The translations under genes and the position numbers were made by a program. The notes under the pieces were generated by a model. The model had not been told where the DNA came from and did no database searches. It saw only the letters and a list, made by a program, of their open reading frames with translations. Of a DNA stretch of 64,000 nt, positions 21,930 through 35,800 are shown piece by piece (within the stretch, counting starts at the first letter, position 1; each line of letters begins with the position of its first letter). The stretch lies in contig NC_087245.1 in NCBI RefSeq assembly GCF_037042905.1, positions 19,222,001 to 19,286,000 of the forward strand. The letters are read 5' to 3'. The stretch comes from Lytechinus pictus. Its lineage: Eukaryota.

Positions 21930-23807
21930 TAACTCGGGAGCTCCGTCGCCGGTAAGCGGCGGGGGAGGTAAAGATCCTTAACCAATTAAAAATGAGACTA
22001 GCGGTAGCGGGGCAAACCTGTTCATTTTTTTTGTTCAGTATTGATCTAGAGAATTATACAACAATTTGTACTAAATTAGCTTGCTATTTTACCCCCTAAT
22101 CTTGATAACGCCATCCATCAAGTTGTTAATTATTCCAAGACCAAGTCCAAGTGATTAAAAAATGACATATTTTGGGGTAAATTTTGGTTGTGTTATAAAA
22201 AGCGACTGACTAAACTAAGTCAAAGAGTAAAGTCATCACTCATGTCATGACACTGACACATTTGTTAATGTTGGGCTAGATTAAATTTAGGCATCCAAGC
22301 CTGGTTTAATGCAATTCTGTTGCACTGTAAGCCAAGTTCAAGATATTGTATGTGCGGATGGTTGTTTGTAGTATTGTACTTTGTATGGACAAGATGGCAG
22401 TTAATTTTTTATTGCTTTGTTTGAAACTGTCAGGTAATGGATTATGGCAGTGTGTCTCAAATTTGTGCATGGTCATTTATCTAAAAACTAGACCCTATTC
22501 AATATCTTTGAAATCTGACATCATACACCAAAAAAAGCAACCTAAATTACCCTTTGACATACATTTCTTAATGATGAAATAAGTATTCATGAAAATATTG
22601 ACAAAATATCAAAAAATTTGTCACCTTTTTTTCAGGCGTTAACACTCATTCGGAAAAAAAATCCTAAATTGAAATATGAACTTCTTAACAAGCATCAAAG
22701 TTGGTAATGGTATCATAAAAAATCTGAGTAAAACATGGTACTGACCTTACCAATTCTATAGCATTCTGTCATCCATATTCATAGATATATCTTACCTTAT
22801 GAGATTGAGTTTTCTTTGAAACTCCATGACTCTTTTGTCCGTGAAATAATGCCACACTTTTTTAAAACGATTAATTTTTTTTCTAGAACAGTGATTGGAA
22901 TATAATTTTGAGATCGCGATACCAATGAAACCCCTTGACTTGCTTCACTTTAAATCAGTAATTTTTTAGTCTACAACCTCGCCGTTACTTATGTGAATTG
23001 GTTTTTTATAAAATGTTAATATTTTTAAATTAATTTTAGCCTGATAAATAGTTATGAACCCATCAGTCATACATGTACAAGAAAGGGAAACACAAACATT
23101 CATAATATTTGTGAGATTTGAAGCATAAATTTTGAGAGCCATAACAAGAAACTGTGAAGCTTCTGATGAATGGAAGGCCAAATATTTGCAATTTATTGTC
23201 AAATCTCCAAGAGCTACATGTAAAATGAGGGAAGATTGCTGATGTTTAGGCCATCAGCTTGGTATTGCAATGGAAAGCAGTGCTATGTAATTTGTACTGG
23301 CAGTGCAGGTATGCAAATATTGGAGTCAATTACAGTATGTCACAAACTTGCTACACCTTTGTATGTTATTCATATGAAATTTCTTCATTTTCTATATTTG
23401 ATAGTAAATAATCTCTTGATTGAATCATTTGCAAGTGAAGTAACAGTAATGGCAATTCCACTTCTTGAATGAGGATTCCAACCATGTTTTATTTTATTGT
23501 AAGAAATAAATATTTGATATTTTTTAAGTGATGAAATACAATAGATTAAAAAAAAAGATTTGATGAGTGTGTGTCATCATCAACCCCTTCATTTGCTTAC
23601 TACCAAGGATGTGTATACAGTGTATCACCAATTTGTAAGTATAATATACCAAACTTTAAAATCCAGAAATATTATGTTTTGCATTTTGGCTTTTTATTCA
23701 AGCCAACATTTGGTTTGGGTGGACCTGACCTTTAAGACTTTCTAAGATGTGTTGTGTATAGTTGTATACAATATTAAATTATTTTGTTTTGTTTTGTCAT
23801 CCCTCAG

Positions 23808-23845
23808 GAGTGATATCATCAAGTGTTGACTAGGAGACCTCCATC
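23808..23845 (+). other. CFAP65: 5' UTR part of the first coding exon of CFAP65 (spliced from an upstream non-coding exon, possibly ending at 21951)
   Basis: Polypyrimidine tract plus CAG acceptor at 23805-23807. Candidate upstream donors G|GTAAGC (21952) and G|GTAAAG (21968) lie in the only CpG-rich patch upstream. Confidence 0.5.
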
Positions 23846-26800
23846 ATGCCAGTGGCAGTGCCCAGGAGATCCTCCTCTAATGTTCAACACAAGACAAACC
23901 ATTTTGGGATTGAGGTGGTCAAAGGGTTGACTTGGAAAGGTTGGGAGCCAGGTGGTGAATACACCAAGAATGTCATCTTAAAGAATGTACAGGTCAAGAC
24001 ACAGAAATTGAAATTCAGGTGAGAAAGGGGAGAAAGTGGGGGTTCAGCATTGTTTTATAGCTTTTAAATCATTTTATTTTCTGTAACTGTAATTTTCAGA
24101 TGTTTTAAATCTCCATATTTTCTTTTGCAACATCTTAGCTATCTAGAGCAACTCATAAGTTTTGGTTCATCCTCTGAAAAGTGGATGTCACTGTTCAATT
24201 TATTAACATATGAATGCACATTTCCGTTTAAGTTTTATGGTGTGGATGGTTAGGAATAGAAACATGATTTAGGGGGTTCAATTTATGATTTTACAATTAT
24301 TAAAAAGGGCAATTTTTGTGAATTTGGTTGGGATCCCTAACAAAATAAGGTTTAATTGCATTTTTTTTTATATAGGAAATATAATGTACATGTATGTATA
24401 AATATGAGAAATAGCACCTGACAATGAACCCAATCAAATTGAATGGGAAAGGACAAAGGGAAAAAGAAGATTGAATTCCGTCTCATTCAGAGATCATCCA
24501 GGCACATACGATTATTGTGTTACCAACATGTAGGCACAAATGCAGCATGTGCAACACATATGACCTTGGGATGGTTCAAAATTTAACTCGTCAAATTTCG
24601 TGAAAATTTCAAAAGTATTGATCAAATTTATTTTAGAGAATTGAAGACTCATCGTTACATGTAAGTTTGACAGTCTTTCAAAATTACCTGCTAAAGATTC
24701 TTGTGATCAATCCTATCAGAATTTAAAAAAATTGTTTTTGAAAAAATTGTTTCTCTTCAGCTCTCCAAACACCAGATTCTTTTCCACCCTCTACCCTGAG
24801 CCTATAGTGCTGAGTGCAGGGACCAGTTACAGTCTACCTGTTACATTCAGACCCCTTGAGAAGAACATCTATGTGGATAAGATTGAATTCCAAGCACAGG
24901 TATGGTAAATTGCATCATTTTTAAATAGTGATGATGATGATGATAGTAATGATGATGATGATGATGACTATTGATTTATTATTAATGTAAGAATACACAC
25001 TTCATGCAAAGCAATATCAAATATTATGTTTCTTAAATGCAATTTTAAGATACAAGTTATGATTTTCTGTATTTAGTCACATGATGATTTTTAATGACTG
25101 TTTAAGGATAAATTATTTGTGATTTTCCAGTAGTGGGTCAGTAGAGATTCAGCATATTCTGTAATGTTGCTTTTAGTTGTTCTTATCCCTATTTTCTTGA
25201 TGGAAGGGTGTGGTTATTACATGGGTGTGTGGGAATGATATTATTCTCATATTTTTTTCTTCACAAACATGAAAATAAACTCCTCTTTTCTTGATATTCA
25301 TTTTGGCATCATATGGCATCCTAGCTTCATTTTACATTACAGAATTAATACCGTAATCCATGTTTTTGTTTTCAGGATGGAGTATTTCAGGTACCCATGC
25401 AAGCTGTGCTTCCAAAGCATGAACTCTCCCTACCCAACCATCTTAACTTTGGCATGTGTGCCACAAAGGACTTCACCAAACTGACATTTGAGCTCTCAAA
25501 CACAAGGTACAGTAAGCAATCATTTACAATGGAACACTGAATAGTTAGAAAATATATCTAATCCAATGTGTGTTGTTTTTAGCAAGTGCATCTTTTGTTT
25601 TCTATCAGTTACATACTTTAAAATTAAACGTGTTAGTTACTCATTTAACCCAGGCATACAAGCAATGGTGTTTAATACCATAAATATGAAATGATTCAGT
25701 TCCAAAGATTGTTTTTCATTGGAACATCAAAACATTTTCATATTTGCTGGTGCTTTTCATAAAAACAATTGTAAGATTATTAATTTGGACCATTTAATAT
25801 TAGATTCATTTTGGTTTCAGAGCTGGACATTCCACTCATCATGCTATCTTAGATTTTTTAATGAATGTGTCTAAAGCAATTGAAAACAAAGAGATTATTA
25901 TTGGACTGTTCTTAGACTTTAAAAAAGCATTTGACTCCATAAATCACAAAATACTTTAAAAAAAACTTTCTCATTATGGAATCCGTGGTGTTACTTTAAA
26001 TTTATTTCACAGTTATTTGAGTGACCGTAAACAATTTACAATGTTCAATTCTATAAACTCTAATTATCAAACTGTTTCTTGCGGTATTCCGCAAGGATCA
26101 ATCCTCGGTCCCATACTTTTTTTGATTTACATCAATGATTTAAATTCAGTATCTCCACTATTAAATTGTTTGTTATTTGCAGACGACACCAATATATTTT
26201 ATAAACACAGTGATGTGGAATGTCTTACTCAAAACTTTAATTCTGAACTTTCAAAGGTTAGCAAATGGGTTGAAGCGAATAAATTACAACTTAATTATGA
26301 AAAGACCCATGTAATGCTGTTCAATGCTCCGAAAAATAGTGCAAAAGAAGTAAATATAAATATTAATGGCAACTTAATTCAACATGTAAATACTACACAA
26401 TTTTTAGGAATTAGTATAGACAAGGATTTAAAATGGAAGACACATGTTTATGAGGTTTTAAGGAAAGTTTCCAAAACAATAGGAATAATGAGTAAACTTA
26501 AAGACATTTTACCACAAAATATTCTTCTTACATTGTATAATTCATTGATTTTACCTTACATATCTTATTGCAATATTGTTTGGGGATCCTGCAAGCATCA
26601 CTTACTGAACCGCATCATTCTTCTTCAAAAGAGAGCAGTTCGTATAATATGCCATAAACCCTTTCTAAGTCATAGCAGACCTCTTTTCTTGAAATTAAAT
26701 ATACTCCCAATTTCTTTACTACATGATTTTCAATTATCTGTTTTTATGTATTCCTATTATAACAACCTTTTGCCTAATAATTTTGACAACATTTTTCAAA

Positions 26801-29800
26801 CCAATAGAGATATACATACATATAATACTAGAAACTCAGCTAATACTCGTGCAATATATGGCCATTATTCTTTCTCAAACAACATATTTTTATGTAGGGG
26901 TCCCATTATTTGGAATAAGATCCCTCAAAATATCAAGCAGTGCAAAACCCTTCAAAGCTTTAAAAGACATTTAAAAATACATTTCATGCAGAAAGTCTAA
27001 TACTATTATTAATACTGATATAGATACAATTGTATACTTTTGTTATGTTTGTTGTTCTGTATTTCCCTACTGCATTTGTTTTTTTAATTGTGTTGTTTTG
27101 TGTTAATTTCAGGATCACTAACTTATAAGTTCCTTGTAACTTTTCAGTGATCCTTCCACTATTCTTGAATATACTCATTTTTGTTATAATGTATTTTATT
27201 GAAATATTTATACTTCTTGATTAGTATGTTTTTTATGAAGATTGTGGTAAATAAAGTTTCAATTTCAATTTCAATTTCAATTCATAATAATCAATAATTA
27301 GAAAGTTATCTGAATCATTGTAGATGATACTGATTATCATGAAAGAGGTAATATCTTAACTAATTGTATTTCTTCTGTTCAATGAATATGTATATCGGTT
27401 AGGTGATTGAGACAAACTCCCTAGAAATTGATTCGTCTTGATCTTTGTTTAAAAACATGTTCATGAAGATTATGAAATATCCCGAAGACGCGGGATAATG
27501 TTTTGTACCCCTTTATGATTATTAAACAATAAATTCAATTCAGATTCAGATTAGATGAATTCTGAAAAAAAACTAAAAAAACAAAACAAAGTTTTGAAAG
27601 TGCTGCGTAATTTTATCATGTTTTGGAGCAATGATACATTCAGATTTATACTTCACCTTAGTGAAGGAAATAAGTGAATGAAAGTAACAATGTATGTTTT
27701 GAAATACAAACTAAGTTATTTAATTATTTTGTGAAAGAAACATGCAAGCCTACATCTAAAAAAAATAGAAGTAGCAGTAGGATAATCCTCATTAATGACA
27801 GCTGAATCGTATGTGCAAAAATGATTATATATGCAATGGAAATATGCATTGCCATATGTGTTTATGCATAGATATATTCGGATGTGTATTGCAAATTGGA
27901 GTAACAGGGATAGATATTCATACAGAGTCATCTGGATTCTGTTATTTAAGGTAATAGAAGCGAAGAAATTTAGTATGTTTCTTATGTTTTGATTTATACC
28001 ACAGTGAACTAGTTACAAATTATGCTTGGTCCGTGAGCTTACCTTTTGTGTTGGAGCCATCAACGGGAACACTGGAACCCAAATCAAAATGTACCATCAC
28101 AACAACATTCAAACCCACCTCTGCTGTCGTGTATGAGACAGTCGCTGAAGTGCATTATGGGTCGGATTCCCTGTCTTGTAAGAAGACGCTCAAGTTGGAA
28201 GGAATCGGTGAGTGTTGATGGTCAAATTGTGTTTCACAAAGATTGAAGAAAATAATAGATGTATGTTTATATTTGGGTTGTAGTCAATAACAGCAACAAC
28301 AACATTTTCACTTGTTGTATTTCATGAATGATACAATACTTTTAGACTTCTACTCTTTGGAACAATTGAAATGTGACTGTAGTACTGTAAGCAGTGTACT
28401 TCAGTAATGAAACAGAACTGTGTTCCTTTCTTGTTTGCTATGCAGTGCCACGAGAGCCTGATTTGGCAGAACCTGGCATGAATGAGAACAATATAGTGCA
28501 GTTTTCACTACTTGTAGGCATTTTCAAAAGATCTACAAAGTAATTACAAAATGGTTACAAAATGGCTAACCTGCTTTGAGATTTTCAATTTTTTTCTTTT
28601 CAATTTTTATTTTTTTTTGTCATTGTAGCGCTTCTTAAAAATGACTTCAAAGACTACAAAATGGATAAAACAGTCGAAAACTGCACAACTTTTTTACTCT
28701 GTAGTCAGAGTGTCAGACATAAACCAAATTTTCTTTTATATCTGTCTTTCAGGCAAGCTACCTCACTTGTTAGTGGCCCAGGCTGGCCGTCATCCACGAG
28801 CCATGGAGAACCTGAATATTGAGAGTGTGGTGTCATTTGGTGATGTATCTATTGGTTCTACTGCAGAGAAGTGGATTGAGTTACATAATCTTGCTCCGGT
28901 AAGAAGCTTATGGCTGGCGCTTGGAATTGGCGTATTATTGTCAAAATGTTTACCATTTTCTATGATTTCACTCTTTTTGAAAATAGGTGTATTGAGTAAG
29001 ATGTATATGTTTGTTTGTGGTGTAAATGAATTAATGAAGAAAATGTAAAAATTATGATGACTAATTCAGTGTGCTGAAACTTTCTTTTCATGATGGGTAT
29101 TTCTTTGCAGATAATATGTTGGTTCTTTTATTATTACTTATTTCCACCAAACATGTTGAAATATGTGTAAAAATTTAAAGTACAAATGTAAAATTACAAA
29201 ATAGAGGATAGCAAGAAAAACAATAATGTCTATTAAAGCATAATTGCTTTTCAGAGTTAAAAGTATTTGAGATTAAGTGAAGAACTGTTACAGGCAATTA
29301 TCAGTAATATAATTAAGTGCTTATAATTTATAGGAGAAAAGAAAACTAAGACAATTTGTGGTCTACATTTTGTTGGTTATATTGCAGGAAATTTTAGGAA
29401 ACAGACTAGGGCTCTATACATGTATAATCCATTTTACAATTGATTCTAATTGTACTTCCATTTCAAAACATGTACAAACAATTTACAAAGGATTGTAAAT
29501 ATTAATCCTTTAATACTTTTTGTTACAGGGTCCAAACTGCAGGTTGCTCTTCACAGATAGTACACTATATATGACGTAAACACACTTGACTTCTTTATCC
29601 TTTCTCCTTTACAGGTTAATTCTCCTTTCACTGTTGACCATCCCACTGCTACAACAAGAATTGACACTGTGTTTTCCTGTCAGCAAAAATCGGGAACAGT
29701 CCCTCCGGAGAGCATCAGCAGGATACCCGTAAGTTCACCCCTGGTCTCAGAATAGAACCGTCCATTATCTGACCGATGATGTGAGAGTATCGTTAATTCT

Positions 29801-32800
29801 TCTTCCCTTTCCTCATCAAATATTGACATACTTCCAGATCCATTGACTTAATGGTGAAGGTTTCTTGATACAGATCTTGAAAATAAGAATCATTTTAATT
29901 TGACATATGTAATTTTGTACTTATTAGAACATTAAATTTGAAATTTTAGTTAAGATTTAAAGCTGACCTATGAAGTGAGAGTGTCCCTATTCTACTTTCC
30001 TTTTCTTATCAAAGATTTATATGCTTGTAGATTTCCATGGTGCATTTAAATTTTTCCAGATCTTAAATATATGGATAACATTTTCTTTACAAATGTATTT
30101 TGTCCTGTTTGAAACATTGTCTTTGGCAAGTTTAGTTAAGGACGTTCCACAGTTATATTTGTGCGCATTAGGATCTGCGCATAGTTTACACTCTGCGCGC
30201 TGACGTCACAATGGATGAACAGGTATTAATTAGCTGCGGGTATGAGCTAATTTTTCTCATCTTCTGCACTTTAACTGCAGATCCGATGCGTTATTTCATG
30301 AAGCTAAAAAAATGAATTATTCCATGGACCATTCAAAAAAATATTCTCTACAATTTCAAAATACTTTACTCTGCAGTGCTGCCAAGAATCACGAATATTA
30401 GCCCGAGTTTGAATAAATGGTAGAGTGGTTTTGATTTTTTCTTCACATAGATACTAAGCATTCGGCCCATTTTTGGTGTTTTAAAAAGCACATTTGCTCT
30501 AATAAAAATGCTGATAGTTTAAAAACAAGCACATGAACCCCTATTTTTTAATGTTTGTACCTCTTAGGTATACCTTCCTCTACGACTCTGCCAATTTTGG
30601 TGAAAATGACATGGATTTTGAATAAAGTGCAGCATTTATTGAACGTTTGTAGTTTGTTACTGAAATTTACATTTTTTAGATTGGGATTTTGTTATCTTTT
30701 ACGCCATTTTTAAGAACTGACAGTGCTGTTAAACTTAAAATTGCAATCAAATAGCACTATTAATAGATTCTCCATTCTAACGATACAATTATTAACTCTC
30801 TTGCGAAATTTGATGACTTTTTCATGTATTTTGAATGAGTAATGGAGGTTTAAACTCATTGTAGTAATCTTGGGCGGTCTAAAAATGCCAAATTCTTTTG
30901 AATGCGCAATTCTTAAGAACATCAATTTGGGTGAACTTTGAAGCTCTATAGCAAAAAATCAAGCACATGGACCTATGTTGATTTTTGCATATTTCGAATA
31001 TTAAGGTTCTAAAGTATCTTTGTGCAAAGTTTGGTGAAAATGACATGGATTTCACTTTAACTGTGGAACGTCCTTAAGACATTCTCTTTCTCCTGAGCCG
31101 ATCCAAGTGTACATGAACAAATGCTCAAGTTTTGTTCAGTAGCCTCTAACTATCCAATTGTCTGCAAGAATGTTGGTGATGATTAGGGCAAGTTAACAAC
31201 TTTGCATGTATTATTTGAATTACCCACAGGTAAGCTTTACTCCAAACACAGTCAATGAGGAAAGTGTGGACTACCTTCATATCCAAGCTATTGGTAAAGT
31301 CAGCAAAACCATTGTCAAACTCCATGGTAGATGCAAAGGTAAAGTTCTTCTTATTTCAACTCTATTCGTGCTACCAATTTTTTGCATGTGTCCTAAATGA
31401 GTTTTTAAGAAGTAAAGATTAACATTGCAGAATTTTTCATCACCCAAAATGAGAAAAGACATATTACTGAGGAATCAATATTATTCCAAGGCACCATTTC
31501 TGGAGGAAGAAGAGTTTTCTAGTCATTTTTTGTTGAAGCAATATGTTCATAATTCATATATTTGGGTTGGATCCGTTGCTCATAGCATGGTAGGGCAACA
31601 ATTAGATATCAATAACTAAGAATCTTAAAACTTATTTTATTTTTATGTTCATGTATGCTTTGAACTTTAAGGGCCTGTGGTATCACTTGGTTCACAAGTG
31701 CTGAATTTTGGTCTACTAAATCTTGGTGACTCCGCAACAAGGACTCTGGATATCATCAACCAGTCTGATGTAGCAGCTTATTATCAGGTACAAACTTCTC
31801 ATATTTAAAAGATATCACAATAATAATCCATTCAAGCTAAAACTTGAATGGATTATTATCATGATATCATTTGGAACAAATATGTAGTACAAATTGTTAT
31901 GATAATGGCCTCTTGTATAATAGTGATGGTATCCTTGCTATGCTTAGATATAATTTTAGAGTCATAGCCAAGCCACAATTGACCAAAGAAACTAGTACTC
32001 AATATGCTCAAGCTTATTGGGAACCCATGTACACCTGGGTGGAGAATGTTAAATGTAGAGTAATGTTCACATTTAATTGGATTTCTTAACTTTATGGAGG
32101 TTTGATCTTTAGTCATCTTCGAATAGCAGTGTCTTATGACTTGCAGTTCATTAATAGGAACGATTTATCATAATGCAATTAAAGATTAATATCTGAAATA
32201 TAAGATTTTATATCAATATGTAACAAGACCATAATTCAGTTCATTCTAATACTGCAATATGAAGGAAAATCTTTCTTGCATTTCTTGCCACTTATTATTT
32301 TGATATAGTTGAAGCGAGTATTGAGGCGCATATTTCAGGCCTTTGATTTATAACATAGTTACTCTATCACATGTTATACTATATATTTAATTACCTGTTC
32401 TACATGTACAATATGTTTAATGCAAGGTATCATTATGCTAAATTATAAGTTTGTTTAATGTTGTATGTTCTCTTTCAGTTTATGATAGACGGTGAGCAGA
32501 GTGTGTTTGAGTTGAGTGTCCAGTGTGGTAAGGTAGAACCACATACCACTCAAACCCTGATCATCACATTCACACCTTCCTATCCAATCAACCATTACAG
32601 GAGAGTTACATGCCTTGTACAGAATCAGGTTAGTTCATCAAATGATCCAGGCAATATTTTGATTTTATTATTGTGAGCTTGAATACTTCAATATGACAAT
32701 AAGTAATAAGTCATAAGTAATTGTTAAAAAAAAGCATAACATGATGTGAAACAGCTGTGCAAATGAAAGATAAAACAATAGTTACAGTTGACAATCTTAT

Positions 32801-35800
32801 GACCCTTTTACTTGTATTTTTTTTTGGGATTGGGGTATAATGTTTGGTTTATTTGGCATTCTTACAAGATTTCTTGTGTGATACATATTTGAACTTAGAT
32901 TGTTTTATGAAATCATGGGCTCAATAATGTGTATTCATTTAACCTTCATTGTCATGATATTCTGATATTATCCTCTTTTCATGCAGTCTCAAAAATTATC
33001 ATTTGCTCATGAGATGCAGAAATACTGGTGAAACTAGTAATGTATTTTGATATAACCCTGAACAAAAGTCTGGAAGGGAAGGAATTCATACCTCTTAGAC
33101 TGTGTTGTACGATTTGGCGTTTGTTCAATTATATCTCTTTATTTTTCATGTCTTTCATTGAAACAGGATCCATTGTTTATAGACATGATTGGTACCTGTC
33201 ATACAGAGTTATGTAAACCAGCTGTTCTTCAACCCATCCATCTTACCAGGTATCATCAGCATGTGGCTGGTGGATTCTCACTCTTCCCTCCTGAGGTAAC
33301 ATATCCTTTTCATTTTCCTGTGAAATTCTGTTTTATTCTGAATTAAAGTACTATGTAGAATGGTAGGGGTGAGATGAAAGATGAGAAGATTAAGATTACC
33401 AGATAGCAGCCCTAGTCTTTTTTTTTTTTTGGGGGGGGGGTTCGACATCTACACAGACTTATTCAATACTTGGCCAGGATCTGGCACATTGCAGGGCCTC
33501 CTCATTTGCAGCCATTAGATCCTCTTGGTTGCACCAAATTTCAATGTTTGGGCAATGAATGTAATGCTGCTTGTTTTGAGCTGCTGCATGATCACATTTC
33601 AATGATGTCATCATCAGTCTTACATCAATCCAAACTGAAGTGATATTCAAACTGGATAAATCAACAGTTTTCCCTCTGAAAAGACCGCATTCTACTGTCT
33701 CTTTATATTGATGTGCTTTCTATTTTCATTCACAGCATTTGAATGAGATGGTGAAGGATGGAAAGCTTGCATTGGATTCTAATCGTTGCCTGACACACCC
33801 TTCGGCTGAAGCTGTGGATGATCTTGTACAGAAACCTATACCCCTCCCTCCCATGAAGGAGTATTTTGATGATGGCAGACATGGGGAATATACAGTAAGT
33901 TTCAGCCAGAAATCTAATCATTGTATTGCACCAAATTTCAGTAATTTCATATAAGAATTTGCAAGAGTTCTTTGTAATTTACAACATTTGTATTGTTCCA
34001 GCCAGTGTTATGTTATGTGGTGGGCATAAAAGAAGAATGATATTACTAAATTTATCAATCTACATATACCCATAATTTTTCAGCTTTTCAGCTTTGATTA
34101 CTTGTACCTCTTATGTCATACATGACTCAATAAATTGATTTGAAATTGAAAGACTTACTGTAGGTATGAATTCCCTTTTTATTCATGTTTTGGCAAGTAA
34201 GGCTGAGAAACTTCCTCTGATGCCCAATTAAGGTTGTGGACTATGTTAATGAATGCAAGATTAAAGGTTCCATTTTGGTTGACTGACTGTGAGGCATCAG
34301 TTACCATTCACTTCATACATACATGAATAAGTTTGGTAATACCTATGACTGAACTCTCTAAAAAATCCCTCAACAGCAACCTGTACATGTGACCATCGAT
34401 ACCACCCATGTTGACTTTGGGAACGTGCAGGACCTCCGCCGCCCTCTTCAGAAGACCCTCAATGTCACAAACCACACCAAGGGAAAGATCACGGTCACCT
34501 GGATGGGGGATGAAAACCACATCTATTCTATCACACCGGTATCATCTGATATCCCACCCCTCAAGATGACATCCTTCAGAGTGACATTCAAACCGGTAAT
34601 TGAGACACTCTTTGGCCCGTATTCTGAAGTCAGGTTTAACTTAGACCATGGTCTAACTCTGTACTAAAATTATGGGAAGCCACGAAATCAAAAATTCTGT
34701 TTATATCGTATATTTCTTATGTTTACTATTTTGTTTCCTTTGGCTTTCATAATGAAGAAAAATACTTCAGATATCATTCACAGACAATTATGGACAATTT
34801 AAGTGTCAAATGAGTTAATAAATTGGATGTCTACTGTCAGGGAATTGTGCCCCAATTGGCTCTCCATAGTTAAACCACAACTTTAAACCAGGGTTTAATT
34901 TAAACCTGAGTTCAGAATACAGCCTTTGGGTTTATATTTAGGAGGGGAGGGTAATTTATAAACCTTTGGATTGTTTGTAAGACCATTCGCATATCTACAG
35001 ACATGTACAATAAATACAGTAAACAATGTGGGGGGGGGGGGGGGCTTTTGTTAAGCTTTTCATGCAATTAAACATGGCTTTATGAAAACTTGAATATGAA
35101 GTGATACAGTGTGGACTTATTTCTCCTGATAATTTGACAAAGGATGGATGTATTTGTAAGAACCAGCAACATATTTTGTACTAAACATATGTTGAATGTG
35201 TTAACATTAACATATTTCAAATGATCTTTTTTTTTAATTGAATATGATTTAGAACCCCATTTTAAATCTGATTATGAAACTGATTTTGATTTTTGAATTG
35301 TTTTGATTTTCAGAATGCTCCTAATCAGTTTTTTGGTGCGGAATTAGAAGGCTATGCATTTTACAAGGTGAGTTGGAGTGTATGATATGTAATCAAATTG
35401 AATTTATCAAATTTTCTGTTAACCGCTTGAAACTTATTTTTAAATCAGCTTCTATTGATTCAGGTATACAAAAAATTATAACAAAATGTGGCAGAGGAAG
35501 AAAATACTGCTGTTGCTAGTGTCAAGATTCAATGCTTCAAGAAATCAATATTCCCATGTGTGATGGTGTGATTTCAGTAGCTAAAAATATATATTTTCAC
35601 TTATTATTTGATGTTAAGATTTATGAAAGAAGCTCTGGCTACATTTTGAGATAGTTATCTATGAGACAGTTTAACAAACTTACAGGTTTCCAAAGTTGAA
35701 TATTGGTTGGATTTGTCTTTTACTTGTGATGATCATGAGAGAGTTCAGCTAAATTTCCTCTTTTTTTTTTTTGGCCTCATCCTATAGAGCATGAGAGACT

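Noticed and set aside
26017..27000. Host gene or domesticated reverse transcriptase
   Set aside because: It is 5'-truncated, has an upstream in-frame stop and a LINE-type tail, so it is an ordinary dead retrotransposon copy.
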